Shown here: positions 43,018-52,699 of the stretch, piece by piece
Layout of the letters: each line of letters opens with the position of its first letter
Position numbering within the stretch: position 1 is the first letter of the stretch
Assembly: GCA_965207445.1 (NCBI GenBank)
Contig: CBDBLX010000002.1
Coordinates: 1,559,849 to 1,623,848, forward strand
Length of the DNA stretch: 64,000 bases
Direction of reading: 5' to 3'
DNA from: Nitrosopumilus sp.
Lineage (GTDB): Archaea; Thermoproteota; Nitrososphaeria; Nitrososphaerales; Nitrosopumilaceae
The notes under the pieces: model-generated
Databases searched by the model: none
What the model saw: the letters and a program-made list of their open reading frames with translations, nothing else
Told to the model about the DNA's origin: nothing
Position numbers and translations under genes: made by a program

Positions 43018-45930
43018 CTATTCGCGCGTCGCTAGCGCGTTGGCAATCTGCGGCCATAGTGGGCTGCTGTACTTTTCGGCGTTAGTGCGGGCCTCTGCTG
43101 CGGTCATCGGGTTTGAGTGGTCAATCTCACCAAAGGCAGCTAGGACGCGGTTCCATCTGTCCACGTGCGCATCGCCGTGCTGTGTCTGTGCTGCCAGCTC
43201 CCTGACGCTGTTGATCAGCGCAGGGTCTATGGCAGGCGGCGCGTCTGGCTCAGTCGGTACGTCTGGCGGCGTCTGCGGCCCGTCCTGTTCTGCTACTGCT
43301 GCCGCCTCTAGTAATGTCAGCACGTCGGCAATCAGGGGCCACAGTGGGCTACTGTATTTCTCGGCGTTGGCGCGGGCCTCTGCTGCAGTCGTCGGGTTGT
43401 CGTGCGTGATGTACCCAAACGCGGCCAGCACGCGGTTCCACCTGTCTACGTGCGCGTCGCCGTGCTGCGTCTGGTTGGCCATCGCGGTCACGTTGGCGAC
43501 CAGCGCTGGGTCTATGGCGACTGCCGTCAGATTCTGCGCCTGGGTGAGCTTGTTGTACACGGGCGGCGGCTGCATCAGACTTGACGTCGTCCCGGCGTCC
43601 TGGACGTCCACAGTCCAGCTTGCAAATTGTCCCAGCGTGTAGTCGGCTCCGGGGTTTATCGTGAGTGTAACATTGTTGACGTCTATGACGCCGTCATCTA
43701 TGGTCGGAACCTCCAGTGTATACGAGCCGATCGGCGGAATCTCCACGATGCGCCAGCCCGCATCAGAGGCGTTCAGAATCCCGCCGGCGCCCGAAAGGGT
43801 GACATTGACTGGCAAAGGCGACAGGGGGGGCGGGGACGCGCCGATGCCAAAGGAGACGTGTTCGCCCTCTGAACCACCGCCTGATATACCAATTGATACC
43901 TCGGGTGGTGGAGGTGGGGAGTTATTGACATGGGGGCTGTCTGCCACTGAGATCGTCACGGTGTTTGCAGAGCCGACCTGGTAGCCGGCCCTTGAATGTA
44001 ACTTAATTGTGATGGAGCCGGCAGGGTTGGCGTCGTTGCCGTTGCTCTTTGTGACGATGCCGCCGCCGGGATTTTGATTTTTGCCCTGTGCAATCAGTAC
44101 GTCACTGTTAAAGGAACTAGAAAATGAATTATCACTCGAAACGGCTCCGGTGATAGACAGGCTTACTCTAGGATAGATGTCAGAACAAGCCAAGTATTCT
44201 GATTTGACCAGTCCAGTAAGGTTGACCGTGTCGCCCTCTGTCACTGGTAGTTGTCTATCAATGACACTTTTATCAAGCCAGAAGACGGGGCCGTCAGGGT
44301 GCGGTTTGTGTTCAATCAATGTCATCCTCTGCCAGTTCTCATCGCCGTCGCGTATTTGGTAGTTTTTACTGGGTTTTAGTCTAAACTCTATCCAATTCTG
44401 ACCAGAGGGGTTGCAATCCCTTACCGTCTCAGACTGAAAGTAGTCGACTCTGCCGTGCACACCGAATATGTGCATCGTATTGTCGGATGCTTCAAGTATA
44501 TGGCCACTGTCTTTAGTCTCGAACATTACTTGCAGCGCAGTACCTGAGATGTGCGGCGGGTCCACGTGTATGGGTATCGACACCTTGCGGCCCTCAAAAT
44601 AAGAGCCAGATGTGTCCAGTGTGACGCACGGTTTGTCTGTGGTGCAGGGAGGAGGGGGTGGGGGTGGTGGAGGCGGGTTGGGGTCCGGGTCGTTGTCTCG
44701 AATGGTAAATGTGACAGTCGACGGCTCACCTACAATGTAACCATCCCCGGGAAGCAGAGTGTACGTTATAGTGCCGTCTGGTTCATGGACATTGTCATTA
44801 TCTGTGATAAGTAGTATTCGATTACCTTGCACATTACCGGCGTTAATTGGATGAGGAAAAACCCAGTCAGGTCCCATAGGCCTATACGTGGGTATTAGAA
44901 TGTCACCTAATTCAACTGTGCATGCGGGATCAAGCTGGCATCTGGCAATCTCCCTATACGAGGAGAATAGAAAGTCACCTAATTCAACAGCAGAAACTCT
45001 AACCGTTATATCAACGGGTGAGGGATTAGATAGATGTATGTTAGTTCTAGTCTGTCCACCCTCAGTCTGCACCAGAGCCAGGGATGGAGATAGTGTAACA
45101 GTCGGTATAACATAAGCAGGCACATCCTCCGCGATGACTCTGAATATTGGAGATATGCCATACGAGTATCTAACGGCCTGCGTATACTTGCCGTGCTCGT
45201 TGCGGCTTTCACTTGACTCGCCAGGTGTGTCTCCTGCGTAAAAGTCATTATAGTTGTCAGCTATCTTGCTATTGCTACCAAGCCAGTATATTGGTACGTC
45301 TACTCCTTCTTGAGTGTAAGTGTGACTCCTGACGCTGTCGCGATCAGAGTGACCGAAATGCAGTACACGAAAATACTCTGAGAACTCGCGCATCGCAGAG
45401 GGCTCTGAGTTTGCAACGCTTACTGTCCGTTTATACACATAATAACAATAATCCGAGCTGTCTCCATTTATGTCAGTTCCCTCACCATTATTGTTCCTTT
45501 TAACAATATCCCAATAGACATCTGAGCCGACTGTCTGGCCATAATAACCATAACACTCAACATCAGGATCATCGGTTATATGATAGTACGTCGCCTTGCC
45601 GTACGTAAAGATGTTGGATGATTCAATCAGGTCCTGTATCTTTGTATCCGTAAATGAATGGCCCTCGGATGGTGAGAACAGTAGTCTGAACGTGTCCCCG
45701 GCTGCCAGGCCATCGGGTGTATAATCCCAGTCAGCAGGCACTGCAACTATTGTCTGTGCGTAGGCTTGCTGATCAGATGGTAAAAGTGAGATTGCTGTTA
45801 CTGTTAGTATGGCTAGTATGATAGGTAATAAAACGCGACGCTTGGTGTGTGATCTATTACTGCCTGCCTGCCTGCCCCCCCCCCCCCCGAGTGAGTGTGT
45901 ACAGTTGAGTGGGTGGCGCGTAGTAATCAT
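43018..45930 (-). CDS. Large secreted/surface protein: signal/TM, lectin-like domain, Calx-beta-like domains, proline linkers, two C-terminal HVDRWNRVLAAFG repeats
   Basis: VLLPIILAILTVTAISLL; VPADW..PDGLAAGDTFRLLF...PIYWL; DNDNVHEPDGTITYTLLPGDGYIVG...IRDND; GC-richer than host. Confidence 0.85.
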   Translation of the reverse strand: MITTRHPLNCTHSLGGGGGRQAGSNRSHTKRRVLLPIILAILTVTAISLLPSDQQAYAQTIVAVPADWDYTPDGLAAGDTFRLLFSPSEGHSFTDTKIQDLIESSNIFTYGKATYYHITDDPDVECYGYYGQTVGSDVYWDIVKRNNNGEGTDINGDSSDYCYYVYKRTVSVANSEPSAMREFSEYFRVLHFGHSDRDSVRSHTYTQEGVDVPIYWLGSNSKIADNYNDFYAGDTPGESSESRNEHGKYTQAVRYSYGISPIFRVIAEDVPAYVIPTVTLSPSLALVQTEGGQTRTNIHLSNPSPVDITVRVSAVELGDFLFSSYREIARCQLDPACTVELGDILIPTYRPMGPDWVFPHPINAGNVQGNRILLITDNDNVHEPDGTITYTLLPGDGYIVGEPSTVTFTIRDNDPDPNPPPPPPPPPPCTTDKPCVTLDTSGSYFEGRKVSIPIHVDPPHISGTALQVMFETKDSGHILEASDNTMHIFGVHGRVDYFQSETVRDCNPSGQNWIEFRLKPSKNYQIRDGDENWQRMTLIEHKPHPDGPVFWLDKSVIDRQLPVTEGDTVNLTGLVKSEYLACSDIYPRVSLSITGAVSSDNSFSSSFNSDVLIAQGKNQNPGGGIVTKSNGNDANPAGSITIKLHSRAGYQVGSANTVTISVADSPHVNNSPPPPPEVSIGISGGGSEGEHVSFGIGASPPPLSPLPVNVTLSGAGGILNASDAGWRIVEIPPIGSYTLEVPTIDDGVIDVNNVTLTINPGADYTLGQFASWTVDVQDAGTTSSLMQPPPVYNKLTQAQNLTAVAIDPALVANVTAMANQTQHGDAHVDRWNRVLAAFGYITHDNPTTAAEARANAEKYSSPLWPLIADVLTLLEAAAVAEQDGPQTPPDVPTEPDAPPAIDPALINSVRELAAQTQHGDAHVDRWNRVLAAFGEIDHSNPMTAAEARTNAEKYSSPLWPQIANALATRE

Positions 45931-46376
45931 TATGACGTAGTTACAAAGTACATATTATTAAAAGTATCGAATATATTAACGTGTTGTATAATTTAGTTAA
46001 TCAAGTATTCAAACCTACAAATTTTGTCAAAATATAATTGATTATATAAAAAACTCTAAATTGGATAAATCATACCACGTATAGTGATATTCATAAATTC
46101 TGATATAAAACACACAGGTGATTTTTAACAGACATTTTTGCACAGGAATACTCAATAATTCAGTTACGCGCCGCACTTGCGGCCATGTCAGAAATATATT
46201 AAAAATGATCAGAAATATATTAAAAATGATCATGAATTATTTACAATAGATTCGTTGCTTTGTGCTAGAGTTTTTGAGTATTGTTGTAGTAGATGTACAT
46301 TGCAGCAATCTAGAGGACCTGCACCACCATCATCATCATCATCATCATCATCACCATCATCATCGATTCCAATCCA

Positions 46377-46478
46377 TAATAGTTTCATTAAAGATCCAAT
46401 AGTTTTCTAATATTTTGTATTCATAATATGTACTCAACTTCGAGATGAATATCAATCAAAATATCGGATCTTTAATCA
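46377..46478. mobile_element. MITE family 2 copy
   Basis: Near-identical to 9933-10036. Confidence 0.85.
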
Positions 46479-46704
46479 GGGGATTATATACGAAAGTTAA
46501 CTAGGCACACTGACACCACCCAACAAACCCGTAATTTGTTGGCATGACTACGATACGCAAGTAGAGTGGATGATGAATTATGCAACAAACTAATTTGCAG
46601 TAAGCCCGGTCTACACTGCCAAACAACGCCTGTTCAAATGGAAAAAGCAGAATGGAGGTTTATATGATTAAATATGTAAAGCTCCAAGTCCTGGCACATT
46701 CTGT

Positions 46705-47670
46705 TTATTGAGATTTTTCAATAATCTCGTAAATTTCTTTAAGACATTTTTCATAGCTGCCGTGAAGAATTTTACTACATGCTGCTTTTGCATGCTCGTC
46801 AGAATTTTTGGGTGCAAAACTGTACTCACATGCCTTAAACATGGGTACATCCAATTGTGAATCACCCACTGCAATCTTGTATGATGTGCCCCACTTCATT
46901 TTATCTGCTAATTTGAGTATGGCAGATCCCTTGTCTATGTCTTTTGCAGATATATGATATGAGTTCTGGCTTTTGTGTACCGCTACTTTAGCTTTCGTTG
47001 ATTTAATAGCACGTTTGATTTGATCTTCTGTCACGTCATCTTGCAAAAAGATCACCTCTGTAATTCTTTCACCCTGTTCCATATCTTCTTTGATTGTATA
47101 GTGTTTTTGAAGATATTCCAAAACTTTTCTTGGTTCTTCCTTATTTCCCCATTCTAAATATCCATCATGAGTGAAACCCAGAATAATGCCACCGTTTTCT
47201 GCAATTGAGTTCCTCTGTATTGTTGGATTTTGTCTAATTATTTCAGATAGACTTTCTATAGATCTTCCGGTTGCAATATAAATCCATATACCTTTGTCTT
47301 GGATCTTTTTTAGTATTGGTGGAATTGAATGATGTATTATTCCCGCTCTGCGGGTTATTGTACTATCCACATCAAGTATAAGCCGGATGTTGTTTGTTGC
47401 AAATAATCTCGTTGATTTTGTATTTTTGTGCTTGGGTATCTCAATAGGCGTTATTGATTCCACATAACGCATGCCCATAATGATGTCTCGTATTGATTTA
47501 TATTTTTTAGAACGATTACTAGTCTCTATAAGATTAATTATTATTTCATCAAATGTTTCGTTGGCACTTGTTATGATTATGTCATGCTTTAGTATCATTG
47601 AGCAGACCGTACGACATTTTCCTTTTTTTGTACTAATATATACATAAACCACAATATGACATGAGACCAT
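46705..47670 (-). CDS. HAD-IIB (Cof / phosphoglycolate phosphatase-like) hydrolase with an extra N-terminal domain
   Basis: LDVDSTI, IATGRS, IAENGG, DKGSAI and VGDSQLDVPMF motifs. Confidence 0.88.
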   Translation of the reverse strand: MVSCHIVVYVYISTKKGKCRTVCSMILKHDIIITSANETFDEIIINLIETSNRSKKYKSIRDIIMGMRYVESITPIEIPKHKNTKSTRLFATNNIRLILDVDSTITRRAGIIHHSIPPILKKIQDKGIWIYIATGRSIESLSEIIRQNPTIQRNSIAENGGIILGFTHDGYLEWGNKEEPRKVLEYLQKHYTIKEDMEQGERITEVIFLQDDVTEDQIKRAIKSTKAKVAVHKSQNSYHISAKDIDKGSAILKLADKMKWGTSYKIAVGDSQLDVPMFKACEYSFAPKNSDEHAKAACSKILHGSYEKCLKEIYEIIEKSQ

Positions 47671-47682
47671 TAAAAGATAAAT

Positions 47683-47979
47683 CTATTGATCGTCGGTGAT
47701 GATGTGTAAATTATTTACACCTATAGGTCTTGAAGTTTTGGTAGTCAAATTCCATAATGATTTTTCAAATGCGGACTCATTTGACTTTTGCACCAGTGCA
47801 GTAGCAGCAACACACCATCTCTCGCCTCTTATATGGGCATTAGTGACATGTGCCTTTCTTATATTGGGAAAAGCACTGACAAGTGCATCTCGAATCTGCT
47901 TACATTCATCATGATGTTTTTTGTCACATTGCAACAAAACAAATGCAGTCTTTAGTTGGTTTTCTGACTGTTGCATCAT
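47683..47979 (-). CDS. Small Lrp/AsnC ligand-binding (RAM)-like protein
   Basis: KTAFVLLQC start and beta-alpha-beta-beta-alpha-beta pattern; 12 bp upstream of the HAD gene. Confidence 0.55.
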   Translation of the reverse strand: MMQQSENQLKTAFVLLQCDKKHHDECKQIRDALVSAFPNIRKAHVTNAHIRGERWCVAATALVQKSNESAFEKSLWNLTTKTSRPIGVNNLHIITDDQ

Positions 47980-48054
47980 TACACATACACCTTTGTTCTA
48001 CTTAACCTCATTGCTTGCCATACTATTTTTAATATAAATGGTGTAGATTTATGC

Positions 48055-49903
48055 TAGCGTGTTGCATAACTCGTAAATTTATACTCCTCTGGGGTCGTGG
48101 CCATGTGGTCTGAGCCGCGCAACCTACGTTACACGATTCGAAGCCACTCAAATGCTCTGTAAACTGGACAGGAAGACTGTCTGCCTCAAGCTACGATGCC
48201 AGCGGGTGTGTCAAGTCACGCCTACAACAAGCCATAAGCAGGCCGTGCTTCCAAGCCTACAAAGTGTACGCGCAAAACATGGCGTGGTAGACGCCTTGGT
48301 ATTTTGTTAGTACATACACATATCTCCATATGTGTATTTAAGCTGTACAATGTGCCATTATACGGCAGTGTAGATGTGCAAATAGGTTAAATACGCATGA
48401 CGTGAGATCTCATCGATCAGAAAATGATGAGATCAAAACATCAGCAATACAATATTGTAAAGGGTAAATTTAACACTGCTTGTGTCCCGCGCACGCAAAC
48501 CAGAGATGAGGTTGTATCATGAACAAAAGTGCAGAGCAGGTAGACAAAACTACCAGGCTAGGCAAAACTACCAAGCAGGTAGACAAAACTACCAAGCAGG
48601 TAGACAAAACTACCAAGCAGGTAGACAAAACCACCAGGCAGCGAAAACCAGACAAGCGATCCTCATACGAATACAATGACAAGTATGTCAAACGTTCACA
48701 CCATCTGTTTGATATGATAGCAAACCTACTTGAAAACTGTAATGATCCAGAGGAGCTAGCTGCCATGAACCGCAACAAGCAAGGGCGTCCATTCGTGTAC
48801 ACACGCAGCCTAATAGCAATTGTATCGCGTGTACGTGATATAATACGACTACCATACAGATCATGTGAGGGTATGTGTGAGGCGGCTATGAAGGAGGGAT
48901 ATCCAGATTTCACCACACTGTTTAGACGAATTAATACACAAAATGTATCTATAAAGGACAGCCTCTCAAAGACTACTTGTGAGAACTTTTCAATCAATAT
49001 TATACCTGATGGTACTGGGCTGACACCTTTTACACGCAGTGAGTACATTCGTATCGTACACAAGGTGCGACGTGGATTTATCCGACTAGTCATAATGATT
49101 AATAGAGACACCCAAGAGATTCTGTCATTTAGCATCACAGACAGTTCAACAGGTGAGCAGCCCGTATTCAAGAAACTTTTAGAAGACGCCCTCAGAAATA
49201 TGGATATTGAACCTGGCGCGCGACGCAGACAGGTCAAAGAGCAAAAAAATCACAAGAGCAAGACATATCCTAAAATTACTATGACTGCTGATGGTGGTTT
49301 TGATACAAGAAAGATATTCTCAATGTGTAGAGAATTAGACATTACGCCAAACATTAGAGTTCAGACAAACTCAAATACCAAAGCTCGTGGCGTTGACCGC
49401 GCTAGATCCAATGTGGTACTCGAGCAGCTCGCGGGGGCCCAGATGCCACACCAATGAAACTTGCATCACTTCCAGAATCCGAACGTGAGGCAAACCGCAA
49501 AGAGTGGAAAAACAAGTAGATTATGGACTACGGTTAGCTTGTTGAGATTGTGATATCTGCATTCAAGAGAACATACGGTGGTGCGGTCATGGCAAGAAAG
49601 ATGGAGAATATCTGCCAAGAGATCAAATTAAAGATCCGCACCTATAACACAATGCTGCGAGTTGGCAAGGGGGTGAAACCATAATTCTAACAACATAAAC
49701 ATAAACAACTATTTGTGCACATAATTACGCACTAGATGCAAATAGAGTCCTAGTGCCGGATCAACATGCTTGATTTTTGAAGATGTAAGGCTTCAAATCC
49801 GGTCATTGTGGCTTGCACTCTTACACGTGTCACTGCAAGTCTGCTGAATCATATTGCAACGGTGTCGTCCTATAGGATGCGCATTGAGTTATGCAACACG
49901 CTA
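48055..49903 (+). mobile_element. Second IS5-family element; transposase 48519-~49690 frameshifted near the C-terminus
   Basis: Perfect 18-bp IR TAGCGTGTTGCATAACTC / GAGTTATGCAACACGCTA; GRPFVY, LPYR, PDFTTL, PDGTG, ADGGFD and VEIVISAFKR motifs. Confidence 0.88.
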
Positions 49904-50059
49904 ATACGCCTGCACGCTTCAATACCTCATATCCATCATGGACGGTGTCTGTACCCAGCCGGAGATACCCACAATTAACGCAAGAATATCCCCCTTTAAT
50001 CATATCAGTATCCATATTTAGTAGTAGTGCAAAAAAACTATTCATTGATAATTGATGAG

Positions 50060-50300
50060 AAACTCAAATGACAGATATAGATAGTGTGCATCTCAAATTG
50101 CAGGCATCTACAAAGAGATTACTTGTCCCACATTTGACACCAAACTGGCAAACGCGCCACCCGATCTGTTTGTGTTTGTCAAATATTCTGATACCATCTA
50201 CAAACAATGCATCTAAGCAGATTCTTAGACTAGTTGTGCTGTACAAAAAAGTTCGACTTATTTCAGAGAACAATTAGCATTCAGATATACAGTAGGCCTA
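50060..50300 (+). pseudogene. Second IS66 transposase C-terminal remnant
   Basis: KLANAPPDLFVFVKY and IPSTNNASKQILRLVVLYKKVR parallel the 10.4-kb remnant. Confidence 0.65.
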
Positions 50301-50401
50301 GATGGCACATATGTTTACTTTAGACTATGCCCACATATATACCCCATTGTGCATGCTTGTCATACAGTAAGGCTGATGACACATATGTTTACTTTAGAAA
50401 C

Positions 50402-50480
50402 GTAACCGTTCAACCTCTTCTCAAATTTAGGCACAGATTCATCGTCTAACATCTAACAGGCACAGGGGTTAAACTGTTAT
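50402..50480. mobile_element. MITE family 1 copy, degenerate, reverse orientation
   Basis: GTAACCGTTCAACC...aaatttaggcaca...GGGGTTAAACTGTTA. Confidence 0.8.
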
Positions 50481-50527
50481 ACAGTAGTAATGCCAACATT
50501 CATTATATTTGAGGAAATAGAGATATT

Positions 50528-50746
50528 GTGGATATTGCATCGCGTAGAATTCCTTTGATGATAATAGGTATATTGCTTGCCATATTGGTCGTTCAGTATG
50601 TTGCAAATACATCAAACACAAACATGTTCATAGACCCCACCACATGTGAAATATATACACAGAGTGTTCCAGGTAGTGCAAGTGAAAAGGTATACACAGG
50701 AGAGTTTGATGAAAAGTGTATGGAATTAAAAGAGATATTACCATAG
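50528..50746 (+). CDS. Small membrane-anchored hypothetical protein
   Basis: N-terminal TM and two Cys. Confidence 0.7.
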   Translation: MDIASRRIPLMIIGILLAILVVQYVANTSNTNMFIDPTTCEIYTQSVPGSASEKVYTGEFDEKCMELKEILP

Positions 50747-50945
50747 TCATTACAAACACAACAACAAATCTCTTCTACCATCTTTGAATATGCAAATCAT
50801 CTCCCACTATCAACTGCAAATATAAACAAGTATCACATATAATACAACTCAAATATTCACACAGTTATAATCAAAACTCATGTTAAAATTCTAATTTAAC
50901 AAACTATCAAAGTTAATAATAACTCTACAAATCACAAAAACAGAA

Positions 50946-51212
50946 ATGACAGTAGAAGAAGAGATTAAAAATATATCAAAGCTCATGAAGATCAGGATAA
51001 TAGATCATCGAGAATATATTGAAAAAGTCCAAAACATGTTAGATTTTTTCAATATGTTAGATTCAGCAGGTGTAGAAGAAGAAGAGATACCAAAAAACAC
51101 AAAATTAATTTCACAGTTGCGAGAAGACAAACATGTAACGTTTGATGAAGAATTACTAGAGAATCTCAAAGAGTTCAGAGACGGCTACATAAGAGCGCCC
51201 AAAATGAATTGA
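50946..51212 (+). CDS. gatC: Asp/Glu-tRNA amidotransferase subunit C
   Basis: LRED...YIRAPKM; first gene of gatCAB. Confidence 0.88.
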   Translation: MTVEEEIKNISKLMKIRIIDHREYIEKVQNMLDFFNMLDSAGVEEEEIPKNTKLISQLREDKHVTFDEELLENLKEFRDGYIRAPKMN

Positions 51213-51220
51213 TACAAGTA

Positions 51221-52699
51221 ATGGAGAAGAATTCAACAATGATACGTATATCTGCATTAGAATATGTTCAAAAAATTTCAGAAGGGGTATTTACAGCAGA
51301 AGAATTTGCATCAGAAACAATAGAACATATAAAAAATACAGAGTCAAAACTTCATTCGTTTTTACATATAACAGACAGCAATAAAATACTAGAACAAGCA
51401 AGGAGTATAGACAAGAGGATAAAGTCAAATCATAAAGTCGGCATATGCAAAGGTATGCCAATTGCAATAAAAGATAACATATGCATCAAGGGCCAAACAA
51501 CCACATGTGGCTCCAAAATGCTAGAAAAATACATCTCACCTTATGATGCAACGGTAATCTCAAAATTAAATGCGCACGATTCAATAATAATTGCAAAGGC
51601 CAACATGGACGAGTTTGCAATGGGACTCACAACAGAGTTCAGTGCGTTTGGTACTAGTTGTAACCCATGGAATACAGATTATGTTCCAGGTGGGTCGTCA
51701 GGTGGTAGTGCAACAGCAACGGCTGCCTATGAGTGTGTAGCATCACTTGGTTCTGATACAGGAGGCTCTGTTAGAAATCCTGCAAGTTTCTGTTCTGTTG
51801 TAGGGTATAAACCGACATACGGATTAGTAAGTAGATATGGTCTTATATCATACTCAAACAGCATAGAACAGATAGGCCCCATTACACGAACGGTAAGTGA
51901 TGCAGCATTTCTCTTAAATGTAATTGCAGGACATGACATAAACGACAACACGACAATTGATTCCAAGTATGAGATAGATTATCTTGATGGTATAAACGAT
52001 AGTATGCAACAATTACGAATAGGCATAATAAAAGAGGCAACTGAAGGTGACGGTATAGACCCACAGGTCACAAGAGCAACCAAAAATGCCATACGGGATA
52101 TGGAGCGCGCAGGTGCAGTATGTGAGTATGTGTCACTTGAGATGATCAAATATTCAGTACCAGCATATTATGTCATTACAGCAGCAGAAGCAGGGAGTAA
52201 TTTAGCAAGATATGACAATCTACGATACGGATACGATCTCTCACTTGAAGGCTACGAGTTTAACTCGTATGTTGAAGAGGCGCGTACTAAACTTGGAGCC
52301 GAGGTTGCAAGACGCATGATAGTGGGCGGTTATGTATCCACCTCAGGGCATAGTGGGAAATACTATCTAAAGGCGCAAAAAGTACAAGCAAAGCTTACAA
52401 GAAAAGTGACAGAAATGTTTGATAATTATGACATATTGATATCACCCACTGTCCCAATACCACCATTTAAGATTGGTGAAAAGATAGACGATCCCATTGC
52501 ACTATTTATGGTAGATTTTAACACCGTTGTGGCAAATCTAACAGGTAATCCAGCAATATCCATCCCATATACAACATCAGATAAAGGATTACCAATAGGA
52601 ATTCAAATGATGGCAAACAGATCAAATGACAAGTTGCTCCTAAAGGCAGCAAGAATACTTGAAAAACAGAGGCCACCATTACCAGAGGTTCAAATATAA
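51221..52699 (+). CDS. gatA: Asp/Glu-tRNA amidotransferase subunit A
   Basis: Amidase signature KDN, NMDEFAMG, PGGSSGGS, LGSDTGGSVR; SNLARYD. Confidence 0.96.
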   Translation: MEKNSTMIRISALEYVQKISEGVFTAEEFASETIEHIKNTESKLHSFLHITDSNKILEQARSIDKRIKSNHKVGICKGMPIAIKDNICIKGQTTTCGSKMLEKYISPYDATVISKLNAHDSIIIAKANMDEFAMGLTTEFSAFGTSCNPWNTDYVPGGSSGGSATATAAYECVASLGSDTGGSVRNPASFCSVVGYKPTYGLVSRYGLISYSNSIEQIGPITRTVSDAAFLLNVIAGHDINDNTTIDSKYEIDYLDGINDSMQQLRIGIIKEATEGDGIDPQVTRATKNAIRDMERAGAVCEYVSLEMIKYSVPAYYVITAAEAGSNLARYDNLRYGYDLSLEGYEFNSYVEEARTKLGAEVARRMIVGGYVSTSGHSGKYYLKAQKVQAKLTRKVTEMFDNYDILISPTVPIPPFKIGEKIDDPIALFMVDFNTVVANLTGNPAISIPYTTSDKGLPIGIQMMANRSNDKLLLKAARILEKQRPPLPEVQI

